54,595 nt of DNA, from the NCBI GenBank assembly GCA_945860565.1, contig CAMAQS010000006.1:1-54595 (forward strand), written 5' to 3'. How positions within the stretch are numbered: the stretch's first letter is position 1; each line of letters begins with the position of its first letter. The translations under genes were made by a program, and so were the position numbers. Source of the DNA: Chitinophaga pinensis (GTDB taxonomy: Bacteria > Bacteroidota > Bacteroidia > NS11-12g > UBA955). The notes beneath the pieces are model-generated. The model ran no database searches, was not told where the DNA came from, and was given only the letters and a program-made list of their open reading frames with translations. Shown piece after piece: positions 38,082 through 49,526 of this stretch.

Positions 38082-38676
38082 GGGTGTGGTAAAATCGTGG
38101 ACTTCAGATTCGGGAGCCTCTTTGTGGCTGTGGAAATCCACTCCGTTGTCCGTCCAAAATTACGACATTTTCAGCACCCACAAAAAAGGCCGTGAAAAAG
38201 AACGTGAGTTAATATCGGGTTTCAACACCTACCTACATCCCTCAAAAACTATCGTAAAAGATGAATTCGGCAAGCCTTTTTTGGAGCCAACCGACATACA
38301 TATAAACTACAGTCATGCCGGTGATTATTTGCTGTGGGGCGAGCACGAGCAATTTTCCATTGGAGTAGATTTGGAATCCAAACGACCTCAGCTAGAAAGA
38401 ATAGCCACTAAATTTTGCTCGGAGCGCGAGCTCGATGAACTTTCAGGAGACCGATTGGAAGGTTTACTTGCCATTTGGACCTGCAAGGAAGCCATGTACA
38501 AGGCCTATGGAAAAAAGGAAGTAGATTATAGAGATCGATTTTACGTTTTGCCTTTTGAATTGAGAGAACAAGGCTGCATTCGTGCGCAATTTTTGTTGGA
38601 AACTGTCATAGATTTTGACATTGAATACCGCTGGGAAGAAGGCTATTTGGCCAGTTGGACTATTTTTAAACTATAA
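38080..38676 (+). CDS. 4'-phosphopantetheinyl transferase (Sfp-type)
   Basis: GKPFL, INYSH, IGVDLE, WTCKEAMYK. ATG 38080 sits 5 nt after TATTTTTG (38067-38074). Confidence 0.9.
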   Translation: MGVVKSWTSDSGASLWLWKSTPLSVQNYDIFSTHKKGREKERELISGFNTYLHPSKTIVKDEFGKPFLEPTDIHINYSHAGDYLLWGEHEQFSIGVDLESKRPQLERIATKFCSERELDELSGDRLEGLLAIWTCKEAMYKAYGKKEVDYRDRFYVLPFELREQGCIRAQFLLETVIDFDIEYRWEEGYLASWTIFKL

Positions 38677-38719
38677 AGGCTTCATATAGATTTTGCGATT
38701 TTACCGTTAAATTTGTTGT

Positions 38720-39577
38720 ATGAGAATTCTTTTAATTGCTTTGTTTTTGGTTTTTGGCCAGCCGGTATTTGCACAATCCGGCGATGACACTTCAATTGAC
38801 ATCAGTAAAATTCCAACTAAAAGACACGGTGTAAAAAAGGGAGAAAGTTTTGTGAGTATCGCAAAAAATTATGGCATGAATGTCTCGATGTTGCGAAAAT
38901 TGAATCCTGGTGTGAAGGTCTTAAAACCCGGAATGGGATTGATGGTCATTCCAAGAGGGACGGTCATAAAGGGAGTAAATGGCAACGGAGACACCAGCTT
39001 AATTGGTGGAATTGAAAGGTATCATAAAGTTGAATCGGGAGAAAGTTTTTTAAGTATTGCCAATAAATACAACATTACGGTATCGGTATTGCGCAAATTG
39101 AATCCTCGGGTTAAAACACTGAAATCAGGGATAAATTTAAAGGTTATTGACCGAAGAGTAGTGGAAGGTGACAAAGAAGAAGGAATAAATGAACTGCCCA
39201 TTTTAGAAGATGAAATGTCTGGTGACGAACAACCCATGGTAGAAAATGTTACTCCATTAGATCCGTTTGAAAATCCTCCCGTTACGCCACAATTTCAAGG
39301 TGGACTAGTGGCTTGGCATCAATTTTTACAAAAGAATTTTGTAGAGCCACAACGCTGTAAAATTGCGAAAATTAAGGGGAAATCCATCATAAAGTTCACT
39401 GTAAAAACAGACGGAACCGCGAGTGGTTTTGTGGTTTTAGATGAGAACAAAAAATGCCCAGAATACACATACGAAGCCATCCGCATAATTAAAACTGCAC
39501 CAAAATGGATACCCGGTAAAAATGAAGCTGGAGAATCCATTGATTCAAGGCACACGGTGTATTTTCCAAAACAGTGA
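38720..39577 (+). CDS. exported protein with two LysM domains and a TonB C-terminal domain
   Basis: H.VKKGES..SIAKNY...LRKLNP and H.VESGES..SIANKY...LRKLNP, then PQFQGG...FLQKN...P...IKG...F.V..DG...EAIRII...PKW.PG. Confidence 0.85.
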   Translation: MRILLIALFLVFGQPVFAQSGDDTSIDISKIPTKRHGVKKGESFVSIAKNYGMNVSMLRKLNPGVKVLKPGMGLMVIPRGTVIKGVNGNGDTSLIGGIERYHKVESGESFLSIANKYNITVSVLRKLNPRVKTLKSGINLKVIDRRVVEGDKEEGINELPILEDEMSGDEQPMVENVTPLDPFENPPVTPQFQGGLVAWHQFLQKNFVEPQRCKIAKIKGKSIIKFTVKTDGTASGFVVLDENKKCPEYTYEAIRIIKTAPKWIPGKNEAGESIDSRHTVYFPKQ

Positions 39578-39671
39578 AATGAATTTAGTTCTTGAGGCAA
39601 AATAAATCAGAACTCTATTTCTGCTAGTTTGAAATGGCTTGAGTGTTGAAAAAGTTTTTATGACCACTTCA

Positions 39672-39686
39672 AAACATCCCCCAAAA
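39672..39686 (+). repeat. extended motif AAACATCCCCCAAAA (15-mer), intergenic upstream of lepA
   Basis: Read directly. Confidence 0.75.
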
Positions 39687-39764
39687 CAAAGAGAGAAAAT
39701 AGGCTGAATCTCTCAACAGGAACCTAAAAATAGCCTTTAAAATTGCGTATATTTGCATGTTATT

Positions 39765-41555
39765 ATGGAATTCATCCGCAACTTTTGCATCATTGCACAC
39801 ATCGATCACGGGAAAAGCACATTGGCCGATCGTCTTTTGGAATACACCAAAACCATTGATAAACGGCACATGCAAGCGCAGTTATTGGACGATATGGATT
39901 TGGAGCGCGAGCGTGGAATTACCATTAAAAGCCATGCCATTCAGATGGATTATGAGCTAAACAACCAAAAATACATATTAAACCTGATTGATACTCCTGG
40001 TCACGTAGATTTTAGCTACGAGGTGAGTCGTTCTATTGCAGCATGTGAAGGTGCTCTTTTGATTGTAGATGCTGCTCAAGGTATTGAAGCTCAAACCATT
40101 TCAAATCTATTTATGGCATTGGAACATGGGTTAACCATTATTCCTGTTCTCAATAAAATAGATTTACCCGGAGCCATGCCCGAGGAAGTAAAAGACGAAA
40201 TTGTGGAATTGTTGGGTTGTGAACGTGAAGAAATCATCCATGCCAGTGGAAAAACTGGAGTTGGGGTTTTTGATATTTTAGCAGCCATTATAGATCGTAT
40301 TCCAGCGCCAAAAGGCGATCCAAATGCACCTACAAAAGCATTGATTTTTGATTCTGTATTCAATCCTTTCCGCGGAATTATTGCCTATTACCGTGTGATG
40401 GATGGCTCTATTAGTAAAGGACAGCATGTTAAGTTCATGAACACTGGCATGGATTATATTGCCGATGAAACAGGTGTTCTAAAATTAAATTTACTGCCCC
40501 GTGATTACGTTGGAGCAGGAAACGTAGGATATATCATTTCAGGCATTAAAGATGCCAAAGAAGTGAAAGTTGGTGATACCATTACCGACTTTAAAAATGC
40601 AGCGACCGTTGCTATTAACGGATTTGAAGACGTAAAACCGATGGTATTTGCAGGGATTTACCCAGTAGACACCGAAGATTTTGAAGAATTGCGGGAAGCC
40701 ATGGGCAAACTACAACTCAACGATGCCAGCATTGTTTTTGAACCTGAAAGTTCTGCTGCATTGGGCTTTGGTTTCCGTTGTGGTTTCTTGGGGATGTTAC
40801 ACTTAGAAATCATTCAAGAACGTTTGGAAAGAGAGTTTGGTATGACGGTTATTACTACTGTACCGAACGTGAGTTATATTTGTTATACCACCAAAGGGGA
40901 AACATTGCCTGTTAACAATCCGAGCGATTTGCCTTCTCCAGACAAAATAGACTACGTAGAAGAACCTTATATCAGTGCCACCATCATCACCAAGTCAGAT
41001 TGGGTTGGTCCTGTAATGAGTTTGTGTTTAGATAAACGTGGAATTCTAAAAAACCAAGTTTACCTGACCTCTGATCGTGTTGAGTTGTCGTTTGATATGC
41101 CTTTGGCTGAAATTGTATTTGACTTTTATGATCGTTTGAAGACCATTTCAAAAGGGTATGCGAGTTTTGATTACCACCCTATTGGATACAAAGAAAGCAA
41201 GTTGGTAAAAATGGATATTTTGTTGAATGCAAAACAAGTGGATGCCTTGAGTGCCATCATTCATAAGGACAATGCGTTCGATTTAGGGAAAAAGATTTGC
41301 AAAAAACTCAAAGATTTGATTCCAAAACAACAGTTCGAAATTGCAATTCAAGCAGCAATTGGAGCAAAAGTCATTGCCCGTGAAACCATCTCTGCCCTTC
41401 GTAAAGACGTGACTGCCAAATGTTATGGTGGTGACATTAGTCGTAAACGCAAATTATTAGAAAAGCAAAAAGAAGGTAAAAAGAAGATGCGTTCTGTTGG
41501 TAATGTGGACATTCCCCAAAGCGCCTTCATGGCTGTGTTAAAACTAAACGATTAA
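39765..41555 (+). CDS. lepA: translation elongation factor 4
   Basis: [64 protein letters not shown] 39765 after TATATTTG. Confidence 0.98.
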   Translation: MEFIRNFCIIAHIDHGKSTLADRLLEYTKTIDKRHMQAQLLDDMDLERERGITIKSHAIQMDYELNNQKYILNLIDTPGHVDFSYEVSRSIAACEGALLIVDAAQGIEAQTISNLFMALEHGLTIIPVLNKIDLPGAMPEEVKDEIVELLGCEREEIIHASGKTGVGVFDILAAIIDRIPAPKGDPNAPTKALIFDSVFNPFRGIIAYYRVMDGSISKGQHVKFMNTGMDYIADETGVLKLNLLPRDYVGAGNVGYIISGIKDAKEVKVGDTITDFKNAATVAINGFEDVKPMVFAGIYPVDTEDFEELREAMGKLQLNDASIVFEPESSAALGFGFRCGFLGMLHLEIIQERLEREFGMTVITTVPNVSYICYTTKGETLPVNNPSDLPSPDKIDYVEEPYISATIITKSDWVGPVMSLCLDKRGILKNQVYLTSDRVELSFDMPLAEIVFDFYDRLKTISKGYASFDYHPIGYKESKLVKMDILLNAKQVDALSAIIHKDNAFDLGKKICKKLKDLIPKQQFEIAIQAAIGAKVIARETISALRKDVTAKCYGGDISRKRKLLEKQKEGKKKMRSVGNVDIPQSAFMAVLKLND

Positions 41556-41570
41556 GTATCTTTGGAAGTA

Positions 41571-42686
41571 ATGACTTCCAATCTTGAACTTAATAGACTT
41601 ATATCACTTACATTTTTAAAGGGCATTGGTCCCATTTTAGCGAAATCGATGATACATCGGTTTGGCTCTGCCGAAGCTGTATTTCAAGCCAAAGAGCATG
41701 AACTTTTGAATATAGATGGACTTGGTCCAACGCATATATCTTTGATTAAACAGGTTTCGGAATCATTGTTTTTGCGCGCAGAAACAGAAATAGAATATTG
41801 CGAAAAACACAATATCAATATTATTCCATTTAGCAGTGCAGACTACCCCATTCGTTTAAAACAACTCATTGATAGTCCGGTATTGATTTATGTAAAAGGC
41901 AATGCCCAGTTGAATCATCCACGGACAGTATCTATTGTGGGAACGCGGAAGCCATCGGTACAGAGTTTACAAATGGTGCAACAAATAGTGGAACAATTGC
42001 AAACCTGTGGAATTCAGATTATCAGTGGCATGGCTTATGGTATAGATATTCAAGCACATAAATCCGCTCTTCAAAACGGATTGGAAACCATTGGCGTTAT
42101 GGCCCACGGCTTGGACCAAATTTACCCGAGCAATCATCGGCAAACAGTAGAAGAAATGTTGCATAAAAATGGAAGCATCATCAGCGAAATGCCCATTAAA
42201 ACTGCGTTGCACCCTGATTTGTTTCCCCGCAGAAATCGAATTGTGGCAGGAATGAGTGATGCTTTGATTGTGGTTGAAAGTAAATTAACTGGTGGAAGTA
42301 TGGCCACGGCGCACATTGCACACAGTTACGACCGAGAGGTATTTGCCATCCCCTCACATCCCTACAAAAGCCCAGAAAATGGATGCAATGCGCTGATTAA
42401 ACGAAACATTGCTCATTTAATTGAAGACGGAATGGACCTCATTCGCTGTATGAAATGGAGTCATGCTTTAAAAGAAGTTCCTACAAAACAAATTGAATTG
42501 TTCCCCAATCTAAATGAAGATGAAAAAAACCTATTGCACATCTTAACGGGCAAAAAACTGCACATCGACGAACTGCTAAATTACAGTGATATGCCATTGC
42601 ATAGGCTAACACTCGGGCTATTGGAATTGGAATTAAAAGGAATATTGCAGGTATTACCGGGAAAGTATTACCAACGTATTTCTTAG
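41571..42686 (+). CDS. dprA: DNA-processing protein DprA
   Basis: YP..L, IVGTR, SGMAYGID..AH, FPRRNRIVAG, GGS..TA, REVFA.P, C-terminal winged helix. Confidence 0.95.
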   Translation: MTSNLELNRLISLTFLKGIGPILAKSMIHRFGSAEAVFQAKEHELLNIDGLGPTHISLIKQVSESLFLRAETEIEYCEKHNINIIPFSSADYPIRLKQLIDSPVLIYVKGNAQLNHPRTVSIVGTRKPSVQSLQMVQQIVEQLQTCGIQIISGMAYGIDIQAHKSALQNGLETIGVMAHGLDQIYPSNHRQTVEEMLHKNGSIISEMPIKTALHPDLFPRRNRIVAGMSDALIVVESKLTGGSMATAHIAHSYDREVFAIPSHPYKSPENGCNALIKRNIAHLIEDGMDLIRCMKWSHALKEVPTKQIELFPNLNEDEKNLLHILTGKKLHIDELLNYSDMPLHRLTLGLLELELKGILQVLPGKYYQRIS

Positions 42687-44521
42687 CGTTTTTTGGTTTT
42701 CTGCTGACTGGCTTTCATGGCAGCTTCCATCCTCTTTTGAAAGTTGGATTTCACCACAGGCTTTTTGCGGCTTTCGCTAATTTGGGCATGCAATTTTTTA
42801 TCGTCCACCATTTTACGGATAACGTATTGCTGACCAAAAGTAATCATGTTACTCACAAAATAATACCAAGTTAAACCGGAAGCATAATCGTTCAATACAC
42901 CCAAAAAGATGATTGGCATAAAGTATCCAATCCACTTCATTTGTCCTGTAACACCAGAAATCTGATTGTTTAAATGGGTATAAATAAGGGTTGAAACGGT
43001 CATTAACAGGGTAAACAAACTCAAATGATCACCAAAAAATGGAATGGTAAATCCAAAATCTAAGATAGAATCATAACGACTTAAATCGTGAGACCATAGG
43101 AATGATTTTTGTCGCAGTTCAAATGCCACTGGAAAAAACTGAAACATGGCAAACAAAATGGGCAATTGTAACAACATCGGAACACAGCCGGACAGCGGAC
43201 TTACACCCGCTTTTTTATAAAGAGCCATGTTATCTGCTTGTACTTTTTGCATGTCGCTGCCGTGTTTCTCCTTAATTTCATCGATTTCAGGCTTAAGGAT
43301 ACGCATTTTAGCAGTTGAAATGTAGGATTTATAAACCAAAGGCAACAAGAACATTTTGATGATGAAAGTCAGCATCATAATGATGATACCCATTTCACCG
43401 ATTACATTGCCTAACATGGCAAAAACAGGAATTACAACTCCTCTATTTACCCAGCCAAAAATACCCCAACCCATTGGAATGATGCGTTCTAGTTCGGCAT
43501 TTGCAACTCCTATATTGGTATTTTCTAATGTTTTATAGTGGTTTGGTCCAAAGTAAAAGCTAAAGTTTAGGTTTTTAGTTGGTTCACCTTTGTATTCTGA
43601 AAACAACTGAGCGGACATTTTTTTTATGTTGTGGGAATCTCTTTCATCGTGGAGACTCATGGAGATTTTTGCATCGCTCAAAATGTCTGACTGGCTTGCT
43701 AAAACGGCGGAGAAATACTGTTGTTTAAAGCCTACCCAATTGATTTTATTCTTGAGTGTCTCAGAAGTTTCTTCCGTTGAAGTAACACTAACTGGTTCTT
43801 CATTTGGCATTTTATAGACGATGGCAGAATTTTGCAAATCCCACTTCATGTCCTTTTCTTGTTTTTGAAGGACGGCATCCCAATTCAGTTTAAAATCGGA
43901 ATTACCACGGCGAATGTAGTTGTCCATCCCTACAATATTCACAGAATAACCTACAACATATTGGCTAGACTTAAGGGTGTAGGTTTGTTCTATATAAGAG
44001 GTTGGTGACAGGCGCACAGCAAATTTGATAGAGCTGTCGGTTTGCGCAGCAACTTCCCAAAAGAAATCTTTGGAATTAAGAATTTTACCGTCGCGGTCGT
44101 TCCAAGACCAATTCATTTGATGTTTGTCTTTTTCTAATAGAATTAGGTCTGTTGAGTCGGCTCTTTTAAATTGGTTTAATTTAACAGATTGAATGGTACC
44201 GCCTTTGTTAGAGAAGGTAAGCGTCAGGTCTTTGTTTGTAATAAACGACGATTTTTCAGTTCCTTGGGTATACTGGGCCAATTCTTTGGTCACATTTTGG
44301 GCTAGTGAATCAATTTTAGCCGCAACAACGGAAGAGTCCGCGATTTTGGGGGATTCAACGATTGCCGACTTCAGTTTGGCTTTTTCCGCATCGACTTTGG
44401 CAAGGCTATCTTGCGTTTTGCGGATTTGGGCTTGTTGCTCTGGAGTAGGCGCTGTGTACCAGTAGTATCCTGTAAGGATTAAAAAAATAAGTGAAAAACC
44501 AATAATTGTATTGCGATCCAT
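42683..44521 (-). CDS. yidC: membrane protein insertase YidC
   Basis: MDRNTIIGF, YFGPN, GWGIFGW, AKMRILKPE, GVSPLSGCVP.LLQ.P, ELRQ..FLW..DL. Start moved to ATG 44521. Confidence 0.96.
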   Translation of the reverse strand: MDRNTIIGFSLIFLILTGYYWYTAPTPEQQAQIRKTQDSLAKVDAEKAKLKSAIVESPKIADSSVVAAKIDSLAQNVTKELAQYTQGTEKSSFITNKDLTLTFSNKGGTIQSVKLNQFKRADSTDLILLEKDKHQMNWSWNDRDGKILNSKDFFWEVAAQTDSSIKFAVRLSPTSYIEQTYTLKSSQYVVGYSVNIVGMDNYIRRGNSDFKLNWDAVLQKQEKDMKWDLQNSAIVYKMPNEEPVSVTSTEETSETLKNKINWVGFKQQYFSAVLASQSDILSDAKISMSLHDERDSHNIKKMSAQLFSEYKGEPTKNLNFSFYFGPNHYKTLENTNIGVANAELERIIPMGWGIFGWVNRGVVIPVFAMLGNVIGEMGIIIMMLTFIIKMFLLPLVYKSYISTAKMRILKPEIDEIKEKHGSDMQKVQADNMALYKKAGVSPLSGCVPMLLQLPILFAMFQFFPVAFELRQKSFLWSHDLSRYDSILDFGFTIPFFGDHLSLFTLLMTVSTLIYTHLNNQISGVTGQMKWIGYFMPIIFLGVLNDYASGLTWYYFVSNMITFGQQYVIRKMVDDKKLHAQISESRKKPVVKSNFQKRMEAAMKASQQKTKKR

Positions 44522-44647
44522 AATGGAGGTGCGAAGGTACGATAAAGGTGTGTAAACAAAAAGTGAAGAATATAGTGTCAAATATTATCAAAAATTGCAT
44601 TAATTATAACGACTTCTACAATTATAATAACTATATTTGCACCCTGA

Positions 44648-46165
<1,518 letters not shown>

Positions 46166-46177
46166 TATCTCTAAAGA

Positions 46178-46408
46178 ATGCAAGTAGAAATTTTAACACC
46201 CGATAAAACCTTGTTCACAGGTACCGCTGAAATCATCACTTTTCCAGGTACCGACGGTAGTTTTCAAGTAAAAGAAAATCACGCTGCAATGATTAGCAGT
46301 TTGGTGAAAGGCATACTTGAAGTACAATCTGCCAATGAAACTGTAAAATTCGATATCAACGGTGGATTGGTAGAAGTTTTGTCAAATAAAGTCGTGGTGT
46401 TGGTTTAA
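46178..46408 (+). CDS. atpC: F0F1 ATP synthase subunit epsilon (short, beta-sandwich only)
   Basis: EILTPD, PG.DG.F.V..NHA, GG.VEV. Directly after atpD. Confidence 0.93.
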   Translation: MQVEILTPDKTLFTGTAEIITFPGTDGSFQVKENHAAMISSLVKGILEVQSANETVKFDINGGLVEVLSNKVVVLV

Positions 46409-46432
46409 TAACACAAGCAATCTATTTTATAT

Positions 46433-46462
46433 AAGGCCATCCTAAGGGGTGGCCTTTTTTTT
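46433..46462 (+). terminator. rho-independent terminator of atpDC
   Basis: AAGGCCATCC-TAAG-GGGTGGCC followed by T8. Confidence 0.9.
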
Positions 46463-46950
46463 GTACGAATAAACGTCCCTTGAAAAAAGAAGCCTTTCTT
46501 GGTATTTACTTTTTGAGGGATTTTAATAGGCTCATAAAATCAACAAGATTACAGATAGAGATTCAAGGAAACATGACAAAATTAAACAAATCAAAGTATC
46601 CATCTTGCAATCAATTGTGGTTGCAATACTAAAATTAAAGCAATGAATTCATCGGAATATTGGCAGCAAACCATTTGTAATGAGTTAAAAAATCATTTCA
46701 ACACCCTATAAAAGCATATTTGAAAGACCCTCCGATATCTTGACAATTCTCAGTACCAAAAGTTGTTTTCAAGAAAGAGAGAATCGTGCTGCCATAATTT
46801 GCAGATTGATTTAAGTACTGATTTTAGTACAATCTACCGGTGAAACTACCCATACGAAATAAATGGAGAATGAGTGGATGTTTGGTGAAATAAACCCACC
46901 TAATCTAGATTTTGCAGGCCTCGGGGTTTATGTAAACAATATAATTGAAA

Positions 46951-46967
46951 AAACATCCCCCAAAATG
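46951..46967 (+). repeat. extended motif AAACATCCCCCAAAATG, exact 17-mer copy (intergenic)
   Basis: Read directly. Confidence 0.75.
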
Positions 46968-47201
46968 TTCAACGTTTAAAAACATCCTTTCCACGATTCT
47001 TAAATGCTTTTGTTCAACGAAATACACCACAAGCTAAACAAATAAAATCTTCGTAAAAAAGTTTATAACACTACAAATCAATAATTTAATGTATTGCTTT
47101 CTATTTTGTTATACTTTTTGTTTGATTATTGAAATTGCTTTATTAAACAAAATAAATTGCATTATTCAAAAAGTAGTGTGATATTTGTTTAACGATTCGC
47201 T

Positions 47202-47741
47202 ATGAACATTACACAAATGAACTTCGACCAAATGATGGAGCAAGAATTAGCCCCGCTAAGAAATTATGCATTATCGCTCACCCACGACATGGATGATACT
47301 AAAGATTTGGTACAAGACACCATCCTAAAAGCGTATCGATACAAAGACAAGTTCCAAGCTGGTACAAATTTAAGAGGTTGGTTATACACCATCCTTAAGA
47401 ACTCTTTCATCAACAATTACCGTCGCGATCAAAAACGCAATACATTTTTAGATAGCACAGAAAACACTTTTTTCTTAGACATTCCAAGTCATAGAGTAGA
47501 CAACGACGCTGAGTTGAAATTTATCCGCAGAGATTTAAATGAGGCCGTAGAAAACTTACCAATGGATTTGAAGATTACATTTAAGTTAAATGCAGATGGA
47601 TTCAAATATCACGAGATATCTGAAGAGTTAAACATTCCTATTGGAACAGTTAAAACCAGAATATTCATTGCGCGCAGAATTTTAAGAGAAAAATTAAAAG
47701 ACTATGCATTGGAATTTGGTTACTCGTCTCAGATGGCTTAA
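47202..47741 (+). CDS. ECF-type RNA polymerase sigma factor
   Basis: Region 2 DLVQDT.LKA...F..GTNLRGWLYTILKNSFINNYRR and region 4 GFKY.EI.EEL.IPIGTVKTRIF.AR. Confidence 0.93.
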   Translation: MNITQMNFDQMMEQELAPLRNYALSLTHDMDDTKDLVQDTILKAYRYKDKFQAGTNLRGWLYTILKNSFINNYRRDQKRNTFLDSTENTFFLDIPSHRVDNDAELKFIRRDLNEAVENLPMDLKITFKLNADGFKYHEISEELNIPIGTVKTRIFIARRILREKLKDYALEFGYSSQMA

Positions 47742-47751
47742 TTTGGCGTGA

Positions 47752-48435
47752 ATGAAATGGACCTATGTAGTATTAGATTTGGCAACCATCGCCGGTCCAT
47801 TGTTCCTTTCATTCGATAAAAAAGTTGCTTTCTACAAGAAATACAAATCCCTATTCCCAAGTATTGCCATTGTTTCTTTTGCGTACCTTTTATGGGATAT
47901 TTGGTTTACAACTGTAGGAATTTGGAAATTCAATCCGCCTTATTTGCTTGGTACTTACTTTGCCCAATTACCGATTGAAGAATATGGATTCTTTTTGGTG
48001 GTACCCTATGCCCTATTGTTCATTTATGAATGCTTGAAAATATACTTTCCAAAATATAATTTCATTCCGCAGATAGGTTACTATGTTGTAATGTTAATAT
48101 GTGTTATTGCATTAATCACCTTTCACGACCGCTTATACACCACAGTCACATTTTTATTGTTACTGGCTACACTTGTAATACTGAGGATATTCTATTTCAA
48201 ACAATCGCTCAAACACAGTGCGCATGTATTTCTAACATTTCTTATCAGTTTGATCCCTATGGGTATTGTGAACGGGATTTTAACCAGTAAACCGGTATTG
48301 ATTTACAATAATTTAGAAAATTCTGCCATAAGGATAGGGACTATTCCTTTAGAAGACTTTTTTTACAACTTCTTGTACATTATTTGGGTAGTTTGTATAT
48401 ATGAGTGGTTGGAATATAAGAAAGCTACCAAATAG
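47752..48435 (+). CDS. lycopene cyclase domain-containing membrane protein (fused CrtYc/Yd type)
   Basis: Two repeats with LPIEEY.FF and IPLEDFFY motifs, plus WD..F...GIW.FN and NG.LT...V..YN. Confidence 0.88.
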   Translation: MKWTYVVLDLATIAGPLFLSFDKKVAFYKKYKSLFPSIAIVSFAYLLWDIWFTTVGIWKFNPPYLLGTYFAQLPIEEYGFFLVVPYALLFIYECLKIYFPKYNFIPQIGYYVVMLICVIALITFHDRLYTTVTFLLLLATLVILRIFYFKQSLKHSAHVFLTFLISLIPMGIVNGILTSKPVLIYNNLENSAIRIGTIPLEDFFYNFLYIIWVVCIYEWLEYKKATK

Positions 48436-49405
48436 CCGGATCTTTTAAAGACAATTCCTTTGCTTTTTTCCTTTGGGATTTGGTTCCAGGAATTGGAATG
48501 TATTTCTCAGGGTATTTTTTCAAATCCAATAAGACCTTATTCAATTGAGTAGTTGTTTCCAACAAGGCCGTATAAAATTGCTCATCATAGATTAATTTCC
48601 CTACAGTGCCTTTGCCTTTATTGATTTCTGCAATTATTCTATTTCCACCTTTACTCAAACTATCGAGTTGTTTCATTGTTGAAGGCAAGTCTATTTCATT
48701 AAATCCATTTGAAAATTTTTCAAGATTCTTTAGAGTCACTGCGATACTTCGATTGTAGTTTTCCAACTGAGTTGAAAAAGACGAAACATTGGTAAGGGTT
48801 TGATTTACTGCATTTGCATTATTTTGTATGAGCTTATTGCTTTCATTCAATAAACGAGTAATACTATTAATTGCCAAGGGCAACTCAACCAATGCTTGAT
48901 TTAATCCAGCACTATTAAAAAATTGATTCATTGTAGTAATCAAAGAATCAACTTTTGAAGCGAGAGGCATAATTTTCTCATTGATAGCCGAGAATTGATC
49001 ACTTGAATAGAGTGCTTGAAGGGTATCGCCATCAACAGCATATTCAGAAGAGCGTCCTAAAACCAATCTAACCTTTCTACCTCCAAGAATTTCAGACTCA
49101 ATTTTCATTTTGGTATCTTTGGGAATTTCCAAAGAAGACGCCAATTCAAAAATTGCTTGAATACTTTTACCATCGGGTGTAATGTCCAAACTCGTTAATT
49201 GTCCAACGCGTAAACCGTTAAACACGACACTGGTTCCAATACCCAAACCTTGCGTACTATCATAGAATACCACAAATTCTTGTCCACGTGTAAAAGGATT
49301 ATCTTTTCCTCGCATAAAGTTATATCCCAAAATGAGAATGGTAATGGCCAAGGTTGTAAGCGCACCCACTTTAAATTCTTTGGATAGATCTTTAAATACC
49401 GACAT
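48425..49405 (-). CDS. MlaD/MCE family protein
   Basis: KEFKVG, GYNFMRG, GL..G..V..NGL.VG.V, helical C-terminus with GTVGKL..D...Y and DLKKYP.KY. Confidence 0.9.
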   Translation of the reverse strand: MSVFKDLSKEFKVGALTTLAITILILGYNFMRGKDNPFTRGQEFVVFYDSTQGLGIGTSVVFNGLRVGQLTSLDITPDGKSIQAIFELASSLEIPKDTKMKIESEILGGRKVRLVLGRSSEYAVDGDTLQALYSSDQFSAINEKIMPLASKVDSLITTMNQFFNSAGLNQALVELPLAINSITRLLNESNKLIQNNANAVNQTLTNVSSFSTQLENYNRSIAVTLKNLEKFSNGFNEIDLPSTMKQLDSLSKGGNRIIAEINKGKGTVGKLIYDEQFYTALLETTTQLNKVLLDLKKYPEKYIPIPGTKSQRKKAKELSLKDPAIW

Positions 49406-49467
49406 TGTCTTCAAAATTACTGAATAAAATCGAAATCCGTGTAGAATCTCGACGGAAAAACAAAGTC

Positions 49468-49504
49468 AAAAAAAAAGGTCCCGGCAATTAAGCCGAGACC
49501 TTTT
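49468..49504 (-). terminator. rho-independent terminator of the large secreted-protein gene
   Basis: Minus strand AAAAGGTCTCGGC-TTAATT-GCCGGGACC followed by T9. Confidence 0.88.
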
Positions 49505-49526
49505 AATATTTGAAATCAACTAAATA

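Noticed and set aside
47077-47089. IHF-like WATCAANNNNTTR matches (also near 53682)
   Set aside because: Too degenerate to be meaningful in AT-rich intergenic DNA.
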